From Squalus acanthias (Eukaryota), in contig CM059432.1 of the NCBI GenBank assembly GCA_030390025.1, forward strand, positions 123,816,001-123,880,000: a stretch of DNA of 64,000 nucleotides, read 5' to 3'. Both the position numbers and the translations under genes were made by a program. Of this stretch, positions 48,509 to 61,959 are shown in pieces. Within the stretch, counting starts at the first letter, position 1. The number at the start of each line of letters is the position of its first letter. The notes beneath the pieces are model-generated. The model ran no database searches. It was not told the DNA's origin and worked only from the letters and a program-made list of their open reading frames with translations.

Positions 48509-49730
48509 CTAATTGGGGTTGCGTTCACTGGTACCGCAGTCAGATGAGTCGAGCAGCCCAGCCAGAAAGGGGTTGTGTTGGTTGCCTCCTCCCTTCCTCC
48601 TCCTCCTCCTCTTCCTCCTTCTTTTCCTCCTCCTTTTACTCCTCCTCCTCCTCCACTTCCTCCTCCTCCCCTTTTCCTCCTCCTCTTCTTCCTCCTCCTC
48701 AGCTCTTTGCTGTGTACCTGGTTGCAAGGGCTGTGCCCTCATGATAGCGAGGTTGTGCAGCATGCAGCGGATCACGACGAATCTTGAGACGTGCTCTGGC
48801 GAGTACTGCAGGGCTCCTTCAGGGCGGTCCAGACAGCGGAAGCGTTTTTTAAGCACCCCAATGATCACATTCCGTGTGGCAGCAAGGCTTTCGTTATATG
48901 AATGCTACCTACGTGTGCTTGGGTTGCACACCGGAGTCATGAGCCAGCTGGTCAGCGGATAGCCCTTGTCGCCCAGTAGCCACCCTCTGGTTTGTCGTGG
49001 TGGCTCAAATGCGAGTGGCAGAGCGGACTGCCCCAGAATGCAGGCATCATGACTGCTGCCAGGTTACCGAGCATTGACCTGCATGATGGCCTGAGTATGG
49101 TCACACACCAGCTGGACGTTGAGGTATTGGAATCACTTCTGGTTGCGGTACGTCTCCGAGTTCACATGCGGCGCCCACAAAGCGACGTGTGCGCAGTCAA
49201 TGGCACCCTGCACCATGGGGAAGCCTGCTATCCTGGCAAAGCCATGTGCTCACTCCGCCTGCTTCTCTCTGGCAAGAGAGAATTAAATGTATTCGGCTCT
49301 CTTTGCATACAAAGCCACAGTGACCTCCCTTATGCAACGGTGGATGGCAAACTGTGAGATGTTGCAAATATCTCCAGCATCAGCCTGGAAGGAGCCAGGC
49401 GCATAAAAGTTCACGTCCACGGTCACCTTCACAGCCACTGGCAATGCGGTCCTCGCCCTGCTCTGAGGTTGGAGATGTTGCTGCAGCAGGTGGCAGATTT
49501 CAGTGAGGACATCCTTACTGAAGCGCAGACATCTGACACACTGTTCCTCGCTGAGGTTCAGGCAGGTGAATTGCACCCTGAACACGCTTCGTTAATATTG
49601 CCTCTTTCTGAGAGCCCTTCTCCCCCTTCTCCTCTTCCGTCTTCTAACAGCTTCTCCTCTTCTGTGTGCCTCTGCTCATTCTCCCTGTCATCCTGCAGGC
49701 CAAGGGGGATACAAGCTACTGCACCCATGT
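48509..49730 (-). pseudogene. Harbinger DDE transposase (HARBI1-like), frameshifted
   Basis: LSEEQCVRCLRFSK..LPVAVKVT..FYAPGSFQ..ISQ, and IGVLKKRFRCLD..LQYSPEHV..MLHNLA with an acidic tail. Confidence 0.85.
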
Positions 49731-51423
49731 CTGGGAGAAAGTGGCCTGAGCAAAAGCCTTGAAGTAACCCGCCACACCACTCCCTGGACACTTCAGCAAC
49801 TTCAAATAAGATAACAAACCACCAAACACTTCTACAAACTCACCAAGACTCAGTAGAAATTAATCAGCAACTAACCTGAAAGCAGTTGATGATCCTTTTA
49901 AATAGCGCTGGTGGGGGATCCTTCCTGCTGCTGAACGGATGTTCAGCTGTGCATGTTTGAGAGGGCGTTAGCTGGAGCATTGAGGTCGAAAATGGCAGCG
50001 CTGGTGTCAAATCAGCGTTACATGCTGACTGACGTCACGATCTGCCTACTGTGCATACTTCTGGCGCACGCTCCCAGCACCCGAGCTAATGACCTCACCA
50101 AAATGGCTTCCAGTGCAGCTCGCACCAGAAGTGTGCGCGCGTGCCGCGGACGCCATTTTGGACCCAAAACGGCACCTGTAGCGCCGAAAAACCGGGCACT
50201 ACAAAGCTGAATTTTGCTGCCATCGTCTGCAGAGAGTAGAGTTGAGATGCTCTTTTATCCAATGTAAGAGAAACTTTTGAATTGAAGAGTGATATCGCCA
50301 TTGTTTGTTGGGGGAGGGTGGGGGTCATTTCCCATCACTAGCATCCCTAACAATAAAAAGAAAATATTAAATGGAAAACATTTCAAGGCTTATTCAATGA
50401 GGGTCATTTGATAACTACATAACTATAATAATACATGAAAAAATGTGATGGTAATGCAGGTAACTCCAGGGTCAAACTTAGATAAAATTCTTAAAATTAA
50501 ATATTTTTCTTTTAAGATGCTGTCAGGCAAGAGCAGCTCTTCGCAGACTTTTATCTTTAGATTGAGCTCAGACTCACAGAAAATCTCTATTCTCAATCAC
50601 GTTTACTACTGATCTATTTTCAGAGTCAAGGCTTAACAAGGCAAATATTAACTTAGCCTTCCTGAATGGTGCTGAACTGAATCTTGAATTTCCATTTGAT
50701 GCATCAACAAATGATTTCTGTTTGCAAGCACTCCTTACAAAATTATGTCAAAACCATTTTCAATTTGAACAGGACAGGAAATGATTACTCCTATTTCTAA
50801 GCTTCACATAATTTGGCTTTTGCTCACAAAATGGAATTTAAAAATAGGATTTGGTCCTTCCTGTGGCTGGCATTTTAACCCTTCCTCCATCACAGTCAGA
50901 TTGCTAGGTTTGAACAATGACATCTGCAATAAAAGCCAATCAACAATTTGTGCCAGTCCAAAAGGATGACCTAAGTGATGAGACAAGTGTGGAGAGATTA
51001 CTTATATATCTTTAACTTAATCAAGGGCCAGGCTACTCACATAATTCACTGGATTCTCTGCAGGCCATACAGGTTAGGCCCACCTAAAGACACAAGGTGG
51101 TGGTGTGTGTTGCAGTTAATAATAAATGTGGCTGAAACTTTAAATTTATCTGCATGTATCATATCTGAAGGAGAAAACAAAAAAAAATAGCAGAACGGTT
51201 AACTTAATGAAGGGAAAGCCTGAAAGGACTGTATAATTATTCAAGTTTGGAGGGAGACTCCTGAATAAAAGTCTTGAATTTAAATAGGTTATATAGGCAG
51301 AACATTTTAGCATCACTATGTACTCTTGTATACATTGCAAAGAAGAAAAGACAAAAATTATTTTCATCTTTTCTGAACTTTTATCAATTTTGGTCCCCCA
51401 TATGTAAAAACCTACCCTTAAAC

Positions 51424-52045
51424 TTTTTTTTTTATTCGTTCATGGGATGTGGGCATCACTGGCAAGGCCAGCATTTATTGCCCATCCCTAATTGCCCTTG
51501 AGAAGGTGGTGGTGAGCCGCCTTCTTGAACCGCTGCAGTCTGTGTGGTGAAGGTACTCCCACAGTGCTGTTAGGGAGGAGTTCCAGGATTTTGACCCAGC
51601 GACGATGAAGGAATGGCGATATACTTCCAAGTCAGGATGGTCTGTGACTTGGAGAGGAACTTGGAGGTGGTGGTGTTCCCATGCGCCTGCTGCCCTTGTT
51701 CTTCTAGGTGGTAGAGGTCGCAGGTTTGAGAGGTGCTGCCAAAGAAGCCTTGGCAAGTTGCTGCAGTGCATCTTGTAGATGGTACACACTGCAGCCACGG
51801 TGCACCGGTGGTGGAGGGAGTGAATGTTTAAGGTGGTGGATGGGATGCCAATCAAGCGGGCTGCTTTGTCCTGGATGGTGTTGAGGTTCTTGAGTGTTGT
51901 TGGAGCTGCACTCATCCAGGCAAATGGGGAGTATTCCATCACACTCCTGACTTGTGCCTTGTAGATGGTGGAAAGGTGTTGGGGAGTCAGGAGGTGAGAC
52001 ACTCGCCATAGAATACCTAGCCTCTGACCTGCTCTTGTTGCCATG
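51424..52045 (-). mobile_element. CR1-like LINE 3' portion
   Basis: Minus ORF TIYKAQVRSVMEYSPFAW...RAIRDGQ. Same family as 38570-39160. Confidence 0.82.
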
Positions 52046-52749
52046 GAACAATCTGCTTATTTGATATTGTGGGTAAGGCCTGCTTAATTCAATCTCTTTC
52101 TCAAACATTGAAAGGAATTTTAAAGTTAACAACTTATCTTCTAACTATTGTGCCATATTTTCCGATCGGAGGCTTCCCGCGTGCGGAGGCCTCCGATCTG
52201 GAAAAAATCTACGCACTTACCTGAGGGCTCCCGAGGTCCGGACACTTCCGCTCCTGGGCCTCTCCAACTCGAAATCTGCAGGGCCCACGTATCCCAGAGG
52301 CGCATGCGGTTCGGAAGCGTCCCTGGGATCACGTGGGCCATGGGGAGCCAATCAAAGAAGGGAATCTCCCTTCATATAGACCTGTCAAATATATGAATGG
52401 AGATCACCCCAAAAACACTTTAAAACATTATATAAAAAAAATTTTTAAATCACATTTTTTAAATTAGTTGAAATTACAATAAATTAAATATTTTAAACAA
52501 AAATTTAATTTTTTGAAAAAAATAATTAAAGTTTTTTACGGGGCTAAAAATAAACTTACCTTTTTTAAAGTCTTTTTATAAATGAGTGAAATTTTTTAAT
52601 TTTTTTTAACTTTTTTTCAAATCTTATGCTGGTAAAAACAGGCCTTACGCCTACTTTTACCAGGCGTAAGATTTCTAAGGGTTTTCTGCGGGCAGAGGTT
52701 CTGCAGAAAGCGGAGCTCTCCACCCGCAGAGGCCCTTCTCCAGGGCAGG

Positions 52750-55030
52750 TGTAAAATTCGCAATTATCGCGATTCGAAATAACGAGATAAAGCAGATTCA
52801 TTTCATCAGTTTTATTTAAACAAAATGCTGTCATGATTAAACAGGACACAGAAGCCTGTAAAATGGCCGCCGCGCCTCGTGGCAGAAGCTTCCAGAATTT
52901 TCAGTGGACAGACAAGATGGCGTTCGAATAAACATTTCAGTATAAGATTGGATAATACGCAGCAAACACTGATAAAGACAGGATGCAACCTGTCTGCATT
53001 CGACACAATAGCAAGAGATATAAGTGCTGGAATCGTTTTCCATGCACAAGTAAGGACCATTGTACTGGGCAATCGAAGGCTCATCCCGATACATCAATAC
53101 GCAAATTCCCCACGGCTCTACAATGAGAGAGCCATTCACGGGTGATTAAGTGAGTATTCGAGGAGGCCCAACCCAGTCAGGGAGACTCCTAGCCAGTTCA
53201 ACAATGGGGAAAACATTAACGGACAGTTGGCCAGTTTAAGGTGCTACCGAAACCCATTAAAGGAAAGAATCGCCCCATGCTGGGAGTTTTGTGCACCAGT
53301 ATTACACAAAGGACAAACATTAAGATTTGAGCGGGAGATAAGGGAACACAGCACTATAACTATAGTGAACAAATGTCCATCGGTCTCTTGATTCGACTCT
53401 GGACTCAGGCTGAACTCTTGCTTATTATTCCCTTATCTGGCTGATGACTGCTGAACTCTTATTCGCTTGCCGCTTCATGGACTCGCTTGACTGGTGAGCT
53501 TTTGATTGTCTCTCTGGACTTCTACAACCGTGTCCGAGCACTGTCGAGTTCTTCATGACAACGGGGAGCCCAGCCTGCTTGCCGGAGCAGCGAAGATAAA
53601 CAAGTGGGGTACAGAGACCCCTTCAAACACGTGACAGTCAGGCGCTGCAGCTAAACGAGCCGAGTGCCTCATTTTAAAATTCTCCGAAGTATCACGAGTG
53701 GTGAGCATGTTTCCCGATCCTACAAATCTAGATGTAGTGTAGGTATTAATAGGGGAGGGTGGTTTTATTAAGGATAAAGTATAATGGGGCAAAAATTCAC
53801 TTGGTTGCGCCACCCGTTAGCGCATTAAGAGGGCGCTAATGGGGCGCAAAGCCGCTAACGCCCGGGCGCAGCGATGTTTGCGCCGCTCGAGAACTTAACC
53901 TGAGATTGTGCGGCGGCGCTAAAACTTACCGCTGCGACCACCTGCGCGCGCAGATTGTGACGTCATTCCATGGTGCAACGCCCTTGGGGCGCCCCGTAGC
54001 GGAAATTGAGTGGCGCCCCCTGCCTTACCGCCTGACGCTTCCAACGACCAGAAGACTGGAACGCTATCAATCGCTGTGGGGCTGGGGGGGGCGCTATTTA
54101 AAGGGGGCCTCTTCCTGTCTTTTATTGTTGGTGGCATTTTTGAACTACGCATTCTGAGAGAGAGAGGGAGAGACTTCTGGAGAGATTCAACGTTGTGTGT
54201 AGGAGTTTTTGGGTACTGAGCAGCACTTTGCAGGTTCATTTTGATTTACCATTCCTTGTATCGATTTAGCAGAGTCCGTGGGAGCTGCACTCTGAGCTCT
54301 TTGCCTGGTGCTCTCCATTGTTCTTTCCAGCACATTTGATGTGCAAGTCTCTCCAGGCCGAGATTCAAGGCAGCAATGAACAGGATGTGGATGGAAAGCA
54401 AGATTAACCATCCCCTTTAAGAACTGGCCCGTGCCATTGTGTGTGTGTTCCATTGCTGACTGACATTACATGAGCTTCGCCAGCGCTCCGAGTTAGCGCC
54501 TCACTGCTCGGCCTTTGCGCCTTAAGAGAGGTGTGCAGCGCCTGCTTTAGCGCTCCACATACCTCCCGGGGCGGTAAAAGTGAAGTTTCCCGTCAGTGCC
54601 GATAATTAGCGCCAGGCGCTAATATTTGCGTCCGGACGATATTTGCGCCCCAAATGGGGCGCGACCTAATTTCTACCCCAATGTGTTCCCCTTTTTACGA
54701 TGTGCCGTGCGTTCCTCATTACCCTAGACCAAGTTTTATGAATGTATGTATACTTGTACTGTCATTAATTTGTGCCTATGACATGTACTTCATGATTTTG
54801 GACGTTATGCAATAAAGATTTCCATTTCGTACTATTCAACCGGGTCTATTTGAGTTTTCTCTGCATTACTGCTCTCGCACCTAAGTCCAGTGTTAGAACC
54901 GTAAGGGCGAGTGGGTCGAACCACTCACAGGTGCTTATTGCAACAAGGCTGGCCGGAGACCAGAGCAAGCAATAGTATTAGGCAATGAAGGCCTAACCCC
55001 GCACAAGCACCCCGAACCGAACCCCTTGCA
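52750..55030 (+). mobile_element. Solo LTR related to the 14156-23467 element
   Basis: TGTAAAATTCGCAATTATC start and ACCCCTTGCA end, CAGG TSD. 54808-54934 is nearly identical to the reverse complement of ~14255-14380. Confidence 0.9.
53786..54679. mobile_element. Family A-like Harbinger MITE inside the solo LTR
   Basis: GGGGCAAAAATT / AATTTCTACCCC termini and AAT TSD. Removing it restores colinearity with the provirus LTR. Confidence 0.85.
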
Positions 55031-55598
55031 CAGGCGATCTGTCAAGAGCATTCTTGACAGATCGGAAATGCCGGTTTTCAGCGCTTGCACTTGGCATGCC
55101 TGAAACTGCATTTCTGATGTCCCTACGGGTGGGTACACAGCTCGTACACACCCGTAGGGATCGGAATATCCAGCCCATTGTATTTTATAGCTCCAATCAG
55201 GAAAAAAACATAAAAGGAAGCGTACGGCAGAATATTGTTTAAAGCTGTATCTAAAATTGAAAGAAAAACTTGGTTAAAACAGGGAGCCATAACCTGGTTC
55301 ATGTTCTTTAGTTTGTGTAATACAGATCAGGTAAATGTAAATTCTTGTATTACATCCGTAACTTGTGTTTTTCTGAGTCAATACCTATTTTCTAAATAAT
55401 CTGCCTATTCGATATTGTAACTGGCACTATTGGCCAGGCATCAATGCAACCATCTCCTTGGCTGAATAAAGGTAATTGTTTTAATCACAAACAACTGATT
55501 CTCATTTCTAATTATGGGGAGGGAAGCAGAGAGGGAGAGGTGTCTATGTAGTTAGAAAAGCAATAGAACAACTGCAGGGTATCTGTGAAGAAAACCCT

Positions 55599-57060
55599 GC
55601 GCCCAGAAATCGGGCTACTTACCGCCACCCGTTAGCACTGGAATCCTGGCGAAAGATGGCGGCCGCCACGCCAACGCCCTTCTCTGGCGCAAGACCCGGC
55701 AGCTGCCATTTTGGTGAGGGCCTTAGTGCTGCCGATAGCAGCGCTGACCCTGGAAATGCAAATGGGGAGAGCGTGACGTCAGTCAGTGTGCAACGGCGTC
55801 TTAACGTCGCGCGCTCTGCATACTTTGACCTTAGCGCTGAGTTTAGCGCTGGGTCCTAAGCTCACTCTGAAAAGCGAGGGTTTAGCAGACTGACAGAGAT
55901 GCTGTCAGCATTTATTAAAGGGACACACACATCTTTCAGGTAAGTTTGCATTTAAGCTTTTGGACTGGATTTTTAAAAATTTTATTGAAGTAGCGGCTGG
56001 GTGCAATACATGTTAAAAGTTTTTTAAGTGTGCAGGGAGTACTGCTGGGTGCTTGTAAGGCCTCAGATGCTAAAGGCAGGCCTCTGAGAAGACAGAAAAT
56101 GCTGGAAATCCTCAGCAGGTCAGGCAGCATCTGTGGAGAGAGAAACAGAGTTCACGTCTCAGGTCAAGATGCTGCCTGACCAGCTGAGTATTTCCAGCAT
56201 TTTATGCTTTTATTTCAGATTTACAGCATCCGCTTGCAGAGGGAAGAAGACACAGAAGAGGAGGAAGCAGAAGAGGAGGAAGCAGAAGGAAGGATTGTTG
56301 GTAGGTGAGTGATTGAGGAGTGTGTCATGCATTGATAAGTGTGTGAGGCTAGTGGTACAGTTGGTAGGAGATGGCTTTAGAAGATGCATTCACTGATCGT
56401 GACCACTGGTCTGAGGTCATGAAGCTTCTTTGGGCACTGAAGCCAGGAGGTGGGGGTGACATTGCTGGCAGTGACAACTTCGGTGATCTGGTCCCACATC
56501 ATTCTTTCTGGAGAGCCTCCTGGCCCCTCTGGGCAGAGGACCTCTCTTGCAGTGTTGACCCCCTGCACAAAGCTGGAGTGCTGCGTGCGAGACCCTGGGT
56601 GCCCCTTTCCTGGCTCGCTGAGCCATTTGTGTTCGTGCTGAAGCACTTTAAGCATTTTTTTAGGTGTGGAGGGGAATTCAGCTAAGACTCCATTTGGGAA
56701 TTCTTATTAATGTTAATTTTTTTTCAGAAGGCAGTTGAGCTGTAAGGGTTAACAACTGCCTATTTTTACATGATCTTTATTTTTTCATTTCAGAAGGCAG
56801 TTCCTCTTTAAGAGACCGAACTGCTTCTGAAATGACAGCCTTGCTTTAAGAGCAGGCTGGTCTTGCTGCAATGACATGATGGCCAGGCTACATTGGGGCC
56901 TCCTGCCGGGACTAACACCACCAGAACAGCGTTGCAAAATAAGTTTAGTGCTGGGCTAATGTTAATTAGCCACCAGCGCCAATTTATCGGTCCTGCCAGC
57001 GCCACCATTTTCGGTGGCAGGTGGCACCGGCAGGTTTTTACCGATATCGAATTTCTGGTT
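55599..57060 (-). mobile_element. Decayed Harbinger derivative with Myb/SANT remnant (ends approximate)
   Basis: Minus-strand MAQRARKGAPRVSHAAL / REVLCP..WDQI..SWLQCPKKLHDL. A small inverted Penelope-type repeat sits at 56090-56233. Confidence 0.6.
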
Positions 57061-57707
57061 TCTTGGTAAAAAGTAGAAGTGTCTTCCCCCTTCCCCCTGT
57101 GACACTGTAAGGTTTTTTCTTTTGATTTGGACAACCCAGAGAATGCAGCATTGCTTCTAGAACATTTAGCTGGCTGGTTAGAACCAATTCATCTCCTAAG
57201 CCAGAGATCTGATCTTTCAGAATGGTAAAGGCCACTGAGTCTCATAAATGGACACATTAACGGTAAAGGTGACTAATTGATGGAAGGTTCCATTAATAGG
57301 CTCAGCTACTAGACCATTCGGTTTTTGCTTGTTTACAAAGAACATAAATGTACACAGCCGAAGGAGCTGTAACTGTGACACTCACCCAAATTTTCCATTG
57401 TCTAAAAATTATGTGGATATTTTTGGATGCACACTTCTGATGTGCATCTACTATATGTAAAAAGATCTGAAAATTTACCCGAGTAAAAAGCTTTTGAATT
57501 AACTCTTTATTCAGTCTGGTGCCTGGAGGTTAGAGTTATGGCCTGGAAAATCAGCTGTGAAGGAAAATAATGAACATGTTAGTACTGTGTCTGAACATAC
57601 CTATAATCCTGTCTAGTGAAACCAACAACTGGTGCACTATATTTAATGCATTGGGTTCAGGCAGATCTGCTTTGTCCAATTTACTTGATTGTCCAAACAA
57701 ACTACAA

Positions 57708-58396
57708 GAGGGCAAAATTCAGTTGCTTTGCGTCTCCCGTTAGCGCAAAGCAACTAGCGCCCGGGCACAACGCCGCTAATGCCTCCCGCGAAATTCAACA
57801 GGAGGTTAGCGGCGGCGGTAACTGGTAGCACCCTGCGGTGCTGCGCCTCCAGCGATGACGTCATCACTTTGCGCAGTGCCCTGCTCGCGCCCCGGCCGCG
57901 AACTTCGGTAGCGCCCCCTGAGTTACCGCCGGACGCTATGTCCGACAAGGTCAGGGGGGCGTACGTGCGGCAATAATTAAAGGGGAGGTGCCAGGCGCCA
58001 TTTTTTTACTGGCTGCCTGCCAGCACCTGCCCCCTCTCCCGTCCCCAGCCTCCTCTGCAGCCCCCACCCCACCCCCCCACCCACTGCGGGGTGCCGGCCG
58101 TGGTCTGTCAGCCCGGCACTCCTCCTGAGTGCCGGGCTCTTTTGCCGGCACCCCGATCCCTGGTGGCCCAGCTGGGCCCCGGGTCACGCTGAGTAAGGCC
58201 ACTCCCCTTTAATAAGGGGAGGAAGGCCTGCAGTATCGCGGCGTGACGTGCCGCGATATTCCCTGGTAGCGCCCCAAGAGGGAGGGGGAGCACTTCCAGT
58301 AGCACCCCGCCTCCCTCTTGGGGCGCTACCAGTGAATTTCGGGCGTGGGGTGCTAACTTTTTCGGGGCGCTATAGTAGCGACCGAATTTTTGCCCC
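57708..58396. mobile_element. Family A MITE
   Basis: GAGGGCAAAATT / AATTTTTGCCCC termini and CAA TSD. Homologous to 1551-2109. Confidence 0.82.
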
Positions 58397-58421
58397 CAAC
58401 TGTTTTAAATGGAGCAATATT

Positions 58422-58828
58422 GGGAATGGTAGCATAGTGGTTATGTTACTGGGACTAGTAATCCAGAGATCCTGGACATAATGATCCGGAGACATGAGTT
58501 CAAATCCCACCAGGGCAGCTGGGGAATTTAAATTCAATTAAAAAGCTAGTACCAGTAATGGTGACCAAGAAACTATCGGATTGTTGTAAAAACCCATCTG
58601 GTTCACTAATGTCCTTTAAGGAAGGAAATCTGCCGTCCTTACCCGGTCTGGCCTATATGTGACCCACAGCAATGTGGTTGACTCTTAACTGCCCTCTGAA
58701 ATGGCCTAGCAAGCCACTCAGTTGTCAAGAAAGCGGCTCACCACCACCTTCTCAAGGGCAATTAGGGATGGGCAATAAATGCTGGCTTTCCCAGCGACGC
58801 CCACATCCTGTGAATGAATTTTAAAAAA
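58422..58828 (+). mobile_element. tRNA-headed SINE with CR1-like LINE tail
   Basis: TAGCATAGTGG A box, AGTTCAAATCC B box, tail shared with the RAIRDGQ LINE. Confidence 0.75.
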
Positions 58829-60967
58829 TGGAATGCATTGAATCTGTTGAAAAAGATTGATTATGAGGTTGGCTGTTCAGCCCCACTCTATAAAAGGATC
58901 AAACTTTGCAATTAGGTCGAAACTTTACTTGGGGCAAACAAATAGTGAACAGATATCGAAAAGCTAGAAGAGCATGAATGTGAAAAAGAGTTTGACCCTA
59001 CTTATCACCATCAGAAGCTTCAATGTTCTACAAATCATACCCCAACCCAATTGGAACATTGCTGCCCGATGTAGCATATTACACAGAAAACCTCTCCCTT
59101 CTTCCTGGACTCTGTACAGTCAAGATTAACGTAGAATCAAGAACAAAGATGGCCTATTCTAATCGAGAGTCCATTGTTTAAAACATTCAGTAGTGTGGCT
59201 AGGCTGTCGGTCCTCTATAAGACCATAAACTGAACAACTTGCAATTTCCACAATAATTGTATCTTGTAAACAAACTAGAAAGATTTACCAAGTACTTTGT
59301 TCATGAAACTAGTGCCAGAAACATTGGAACTAAATCTTAATATTAGTATTAATCCAAGAAGTCCACAGGGTCGACCAGCAGTGAAGCTGCTCATGCCATT
59401 GCTCCTGCCTGTGGAACTCAGAATGTTTGATTGCCTGGAACCTTGTGCCCTGGATAGAGAAATCCAAATGCAGAGGTAACCATCACTTGCTGAGCCAGGG
59501 TTACTGGTGCATGCTAGAGGCCATCAGAAATGTGTGTCTTGACCATTGGCATCCCAGTACTATTTCTCCCAGCCTTTCTGTGCTTCCAGTAATCAATAGG
59601 ATCAAATTTCATGAGCCATTTATCCTTATTTCAGTTGAACTCTGTCATGCCAGCTAACACCAACCTGGTGGGACCAAAGAAAACTCTGGCACAGACCGGG
59701 GCTACTTTCCACCACTGGTCAATGCTAACACATAGCAATCTGAAGATTTCTCTCTTAATTATTTTATCCTGATTTTGCAGGAAAATTTGGTTTGGTCAGT
59801 CTAATCCTCCATTTAAATGTAATTAAAAAACTTTCCTGGTCATACTCACCCGAATCAATTTAGTTCTCTTCTCTATAGCCACCCAATTACACCTGCACAT
59901 TAAAAGGGAATTTAGTTTCATAAATTAGCACAAAGACATTCTTATTGACCATTAATTAATAATTGATAAGTGACATCTTCTTAATTCCTTTTTGTCATTA
60001 AAACAACACATCAAGATACAACATTAATCTTAATTGATTAATCAATTCATCACCTGCTTAGCCACAGCAAACTTGGAAAAATTGTTTCTTGAATTAATTG
60101 ACCTTTTTTTTATGATTAAAGCTCACTCAAGTTTACAATGCAGTCTCTGTCGGGTCTGCTGCCTCAGCTCAAGTGCTCTTACCAACTAAATGCATGTCTT
60201 TACTTTCATCTTCATTGCTTCTTTCCTGCAATCTCACAAGGTGCACTTGTTTTTTCCTCATCTGTCGAATATTTTTCCTGTGTTCACTGGGAGCAGATGG
60301 AACACAGTGGTTTTTTATGATCCAGTGTGTTCCTACGTTCTGGTTTATGAAGAATCTCTTTGATCCATTCACTATTATAGACTCCTCCACCTGCCTCACG
60401 AATGACAGAATCGTTCACCATGCAGGAGGGTTTGTATTCCATGAGCCTTCATCAGAAGTTTGAGTTTCAGGCTTACAGTGAAGCTTTAACTCACAAATGG
60501 CGCTGTGACTTAATCAATAACAACAACAACAACTTGCATTTATATAGCTCTTTTAACGCAGTAAAACGTCACAAGGCGCTTCACAGGAGCGATTATCAAA
60601 CAAAATTTGAAACCGAGCCACACAAGGAAATATTAGGACAGGTGACCAAATGCTTGGCCAAAGAGGTAGTTTTGCAGGAGCGACTTAAAGGAGGAGAGAG
60701 AGGTAGAGAGGCGGAGAGGTTTACAGAGCTTAGGGCCTAGGCAGCTGAAGGCACGGCAATCCATCGTCAAGTTTCCAACGCTTACATTGTGCCAATTTAT
60801 AATGGCATTCATAATTTGCACCACGCCCACAATTCTGAAGCTGTTTCACACCTCTTCTGACATCAATGTGAAGAACATGCAAATGTGTTGAGGTGATGAG
60901 GCTGAGCATTGGGGCAACATCGAACTGGGCACCTGAACTCTGGGAGACTGCAGTTACATTGCACTAA

Positions 60968-61400
60968 AGAAAGAAAGTCTTGCATTTATATAGCGAGTCG
61001 TTTCATGAACTCAGGACACCCAAAGCGCTTTACAGCCAATTAAGTACTTTTGAAGTGTAGTCACTGTTGTAATGTTCGAAATGTGGCAGTCAAATTGCAC
61101 ACAGCAAGCTCCCACAAAAAGCAATGAAATAAATAACCATATAATCTGTTTTAGGTGTTGGATGAGGGATGAATATTGGCCAGGACACCAGGAGTGCCCC
61201 CTTGCTCTTCTTCAAAGGCCTTGAGATCTTTTACATCCAGCTGAGAGAGCAAACAGTGGCTCAGTTTAATATCTCATCCGAAAGACGGCACCTCCAACAG
61301 TGCAGCACTCCCTCAGTATTGCACTGGAGTGTCAGCCTAGATTATTCGCTCAAGTCTCTGGAGTGGGACTTGAACCCACAACCTTGTAATCCAGAGGCAA
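60968..61400 (-). mobile_element. DeuSINE-type SINE, near full length
   Basis: Reverse complement of 248-722. Confidence 0.8.
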
Positions 61401-61959
61401 GAGTGTTACCATCAAGCCAAGACTGACACAATGGATTTCCATTTCTATTAAGAAATCTTGCTTTCTTTTCTTGCAATTACTGTACAGTTTAATATTGTAC
61501 TTATTCTGATTTATGTCAGTAATGCCGGCCTGTTTGTCTTTGAACATTTCTTTATTAAGATTGAATGCACATCAACACAGTTCAACAATGAATGTTTCTA
61601 ATCTAGCAAAAATTGAAAACAGTTTGAGAATGCACTTTTCCTTTTCTGTGTCATTGAAGCAGGTCACTTGTATTTGGTCAGTTCCTTATTACGGATCAAA
61701 GTTCACTAATAGAGTTCCATGGAGGATGTAGTATATATTGCAAAGCATGCGCAATGCAATAAATTGGACATTAGTCTGTTGGTCTGTTTTAGTTTGGATT
61801 CTGATGAGCTAGCTCCCGGTATGTGCACTTGCTAAATCTGGCTGCCCTTATCCGACAGTGGACTTGTACATATTAATTTTTCATGGGTCTACAAGTCTGT
61901 CACCTGGATAAGGGAGCCGGATTTTGCAAATCTTCCAGAATCTGAAAATCAAAAGAACC

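Larger units (their letters stand above)
41450..50221. mobile_element. Formerly autonomous two-gene Harbinger with nested CR1, two MITEs and RTE
   Basis: Myb/SANT gene on +, DDE transposase on -, convergent. Termini AGCCTAGAAATT / AATTTTGCTGCC. ATC flanks both ends. Confidence 0.8.
52150..55176. mobile_element. Family D MITE split by a solo LTR
   Basis: ATT TSD. The halves 52150-52749 and 55031-55176 rejoin to resemble the reverse complement of 30543-31201. Confidence 0.78.

Noticed and set aside
48509..49730. Domesticated host HARBI1 or MSANTD gene
   Set aside because: It is frameshifted, lies within transposon termini, and several paralogous remnants occur in the window.
60138..60463. Short ORFs as host exons
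   Set aside because: No recognisable domain or convincing splice pair.
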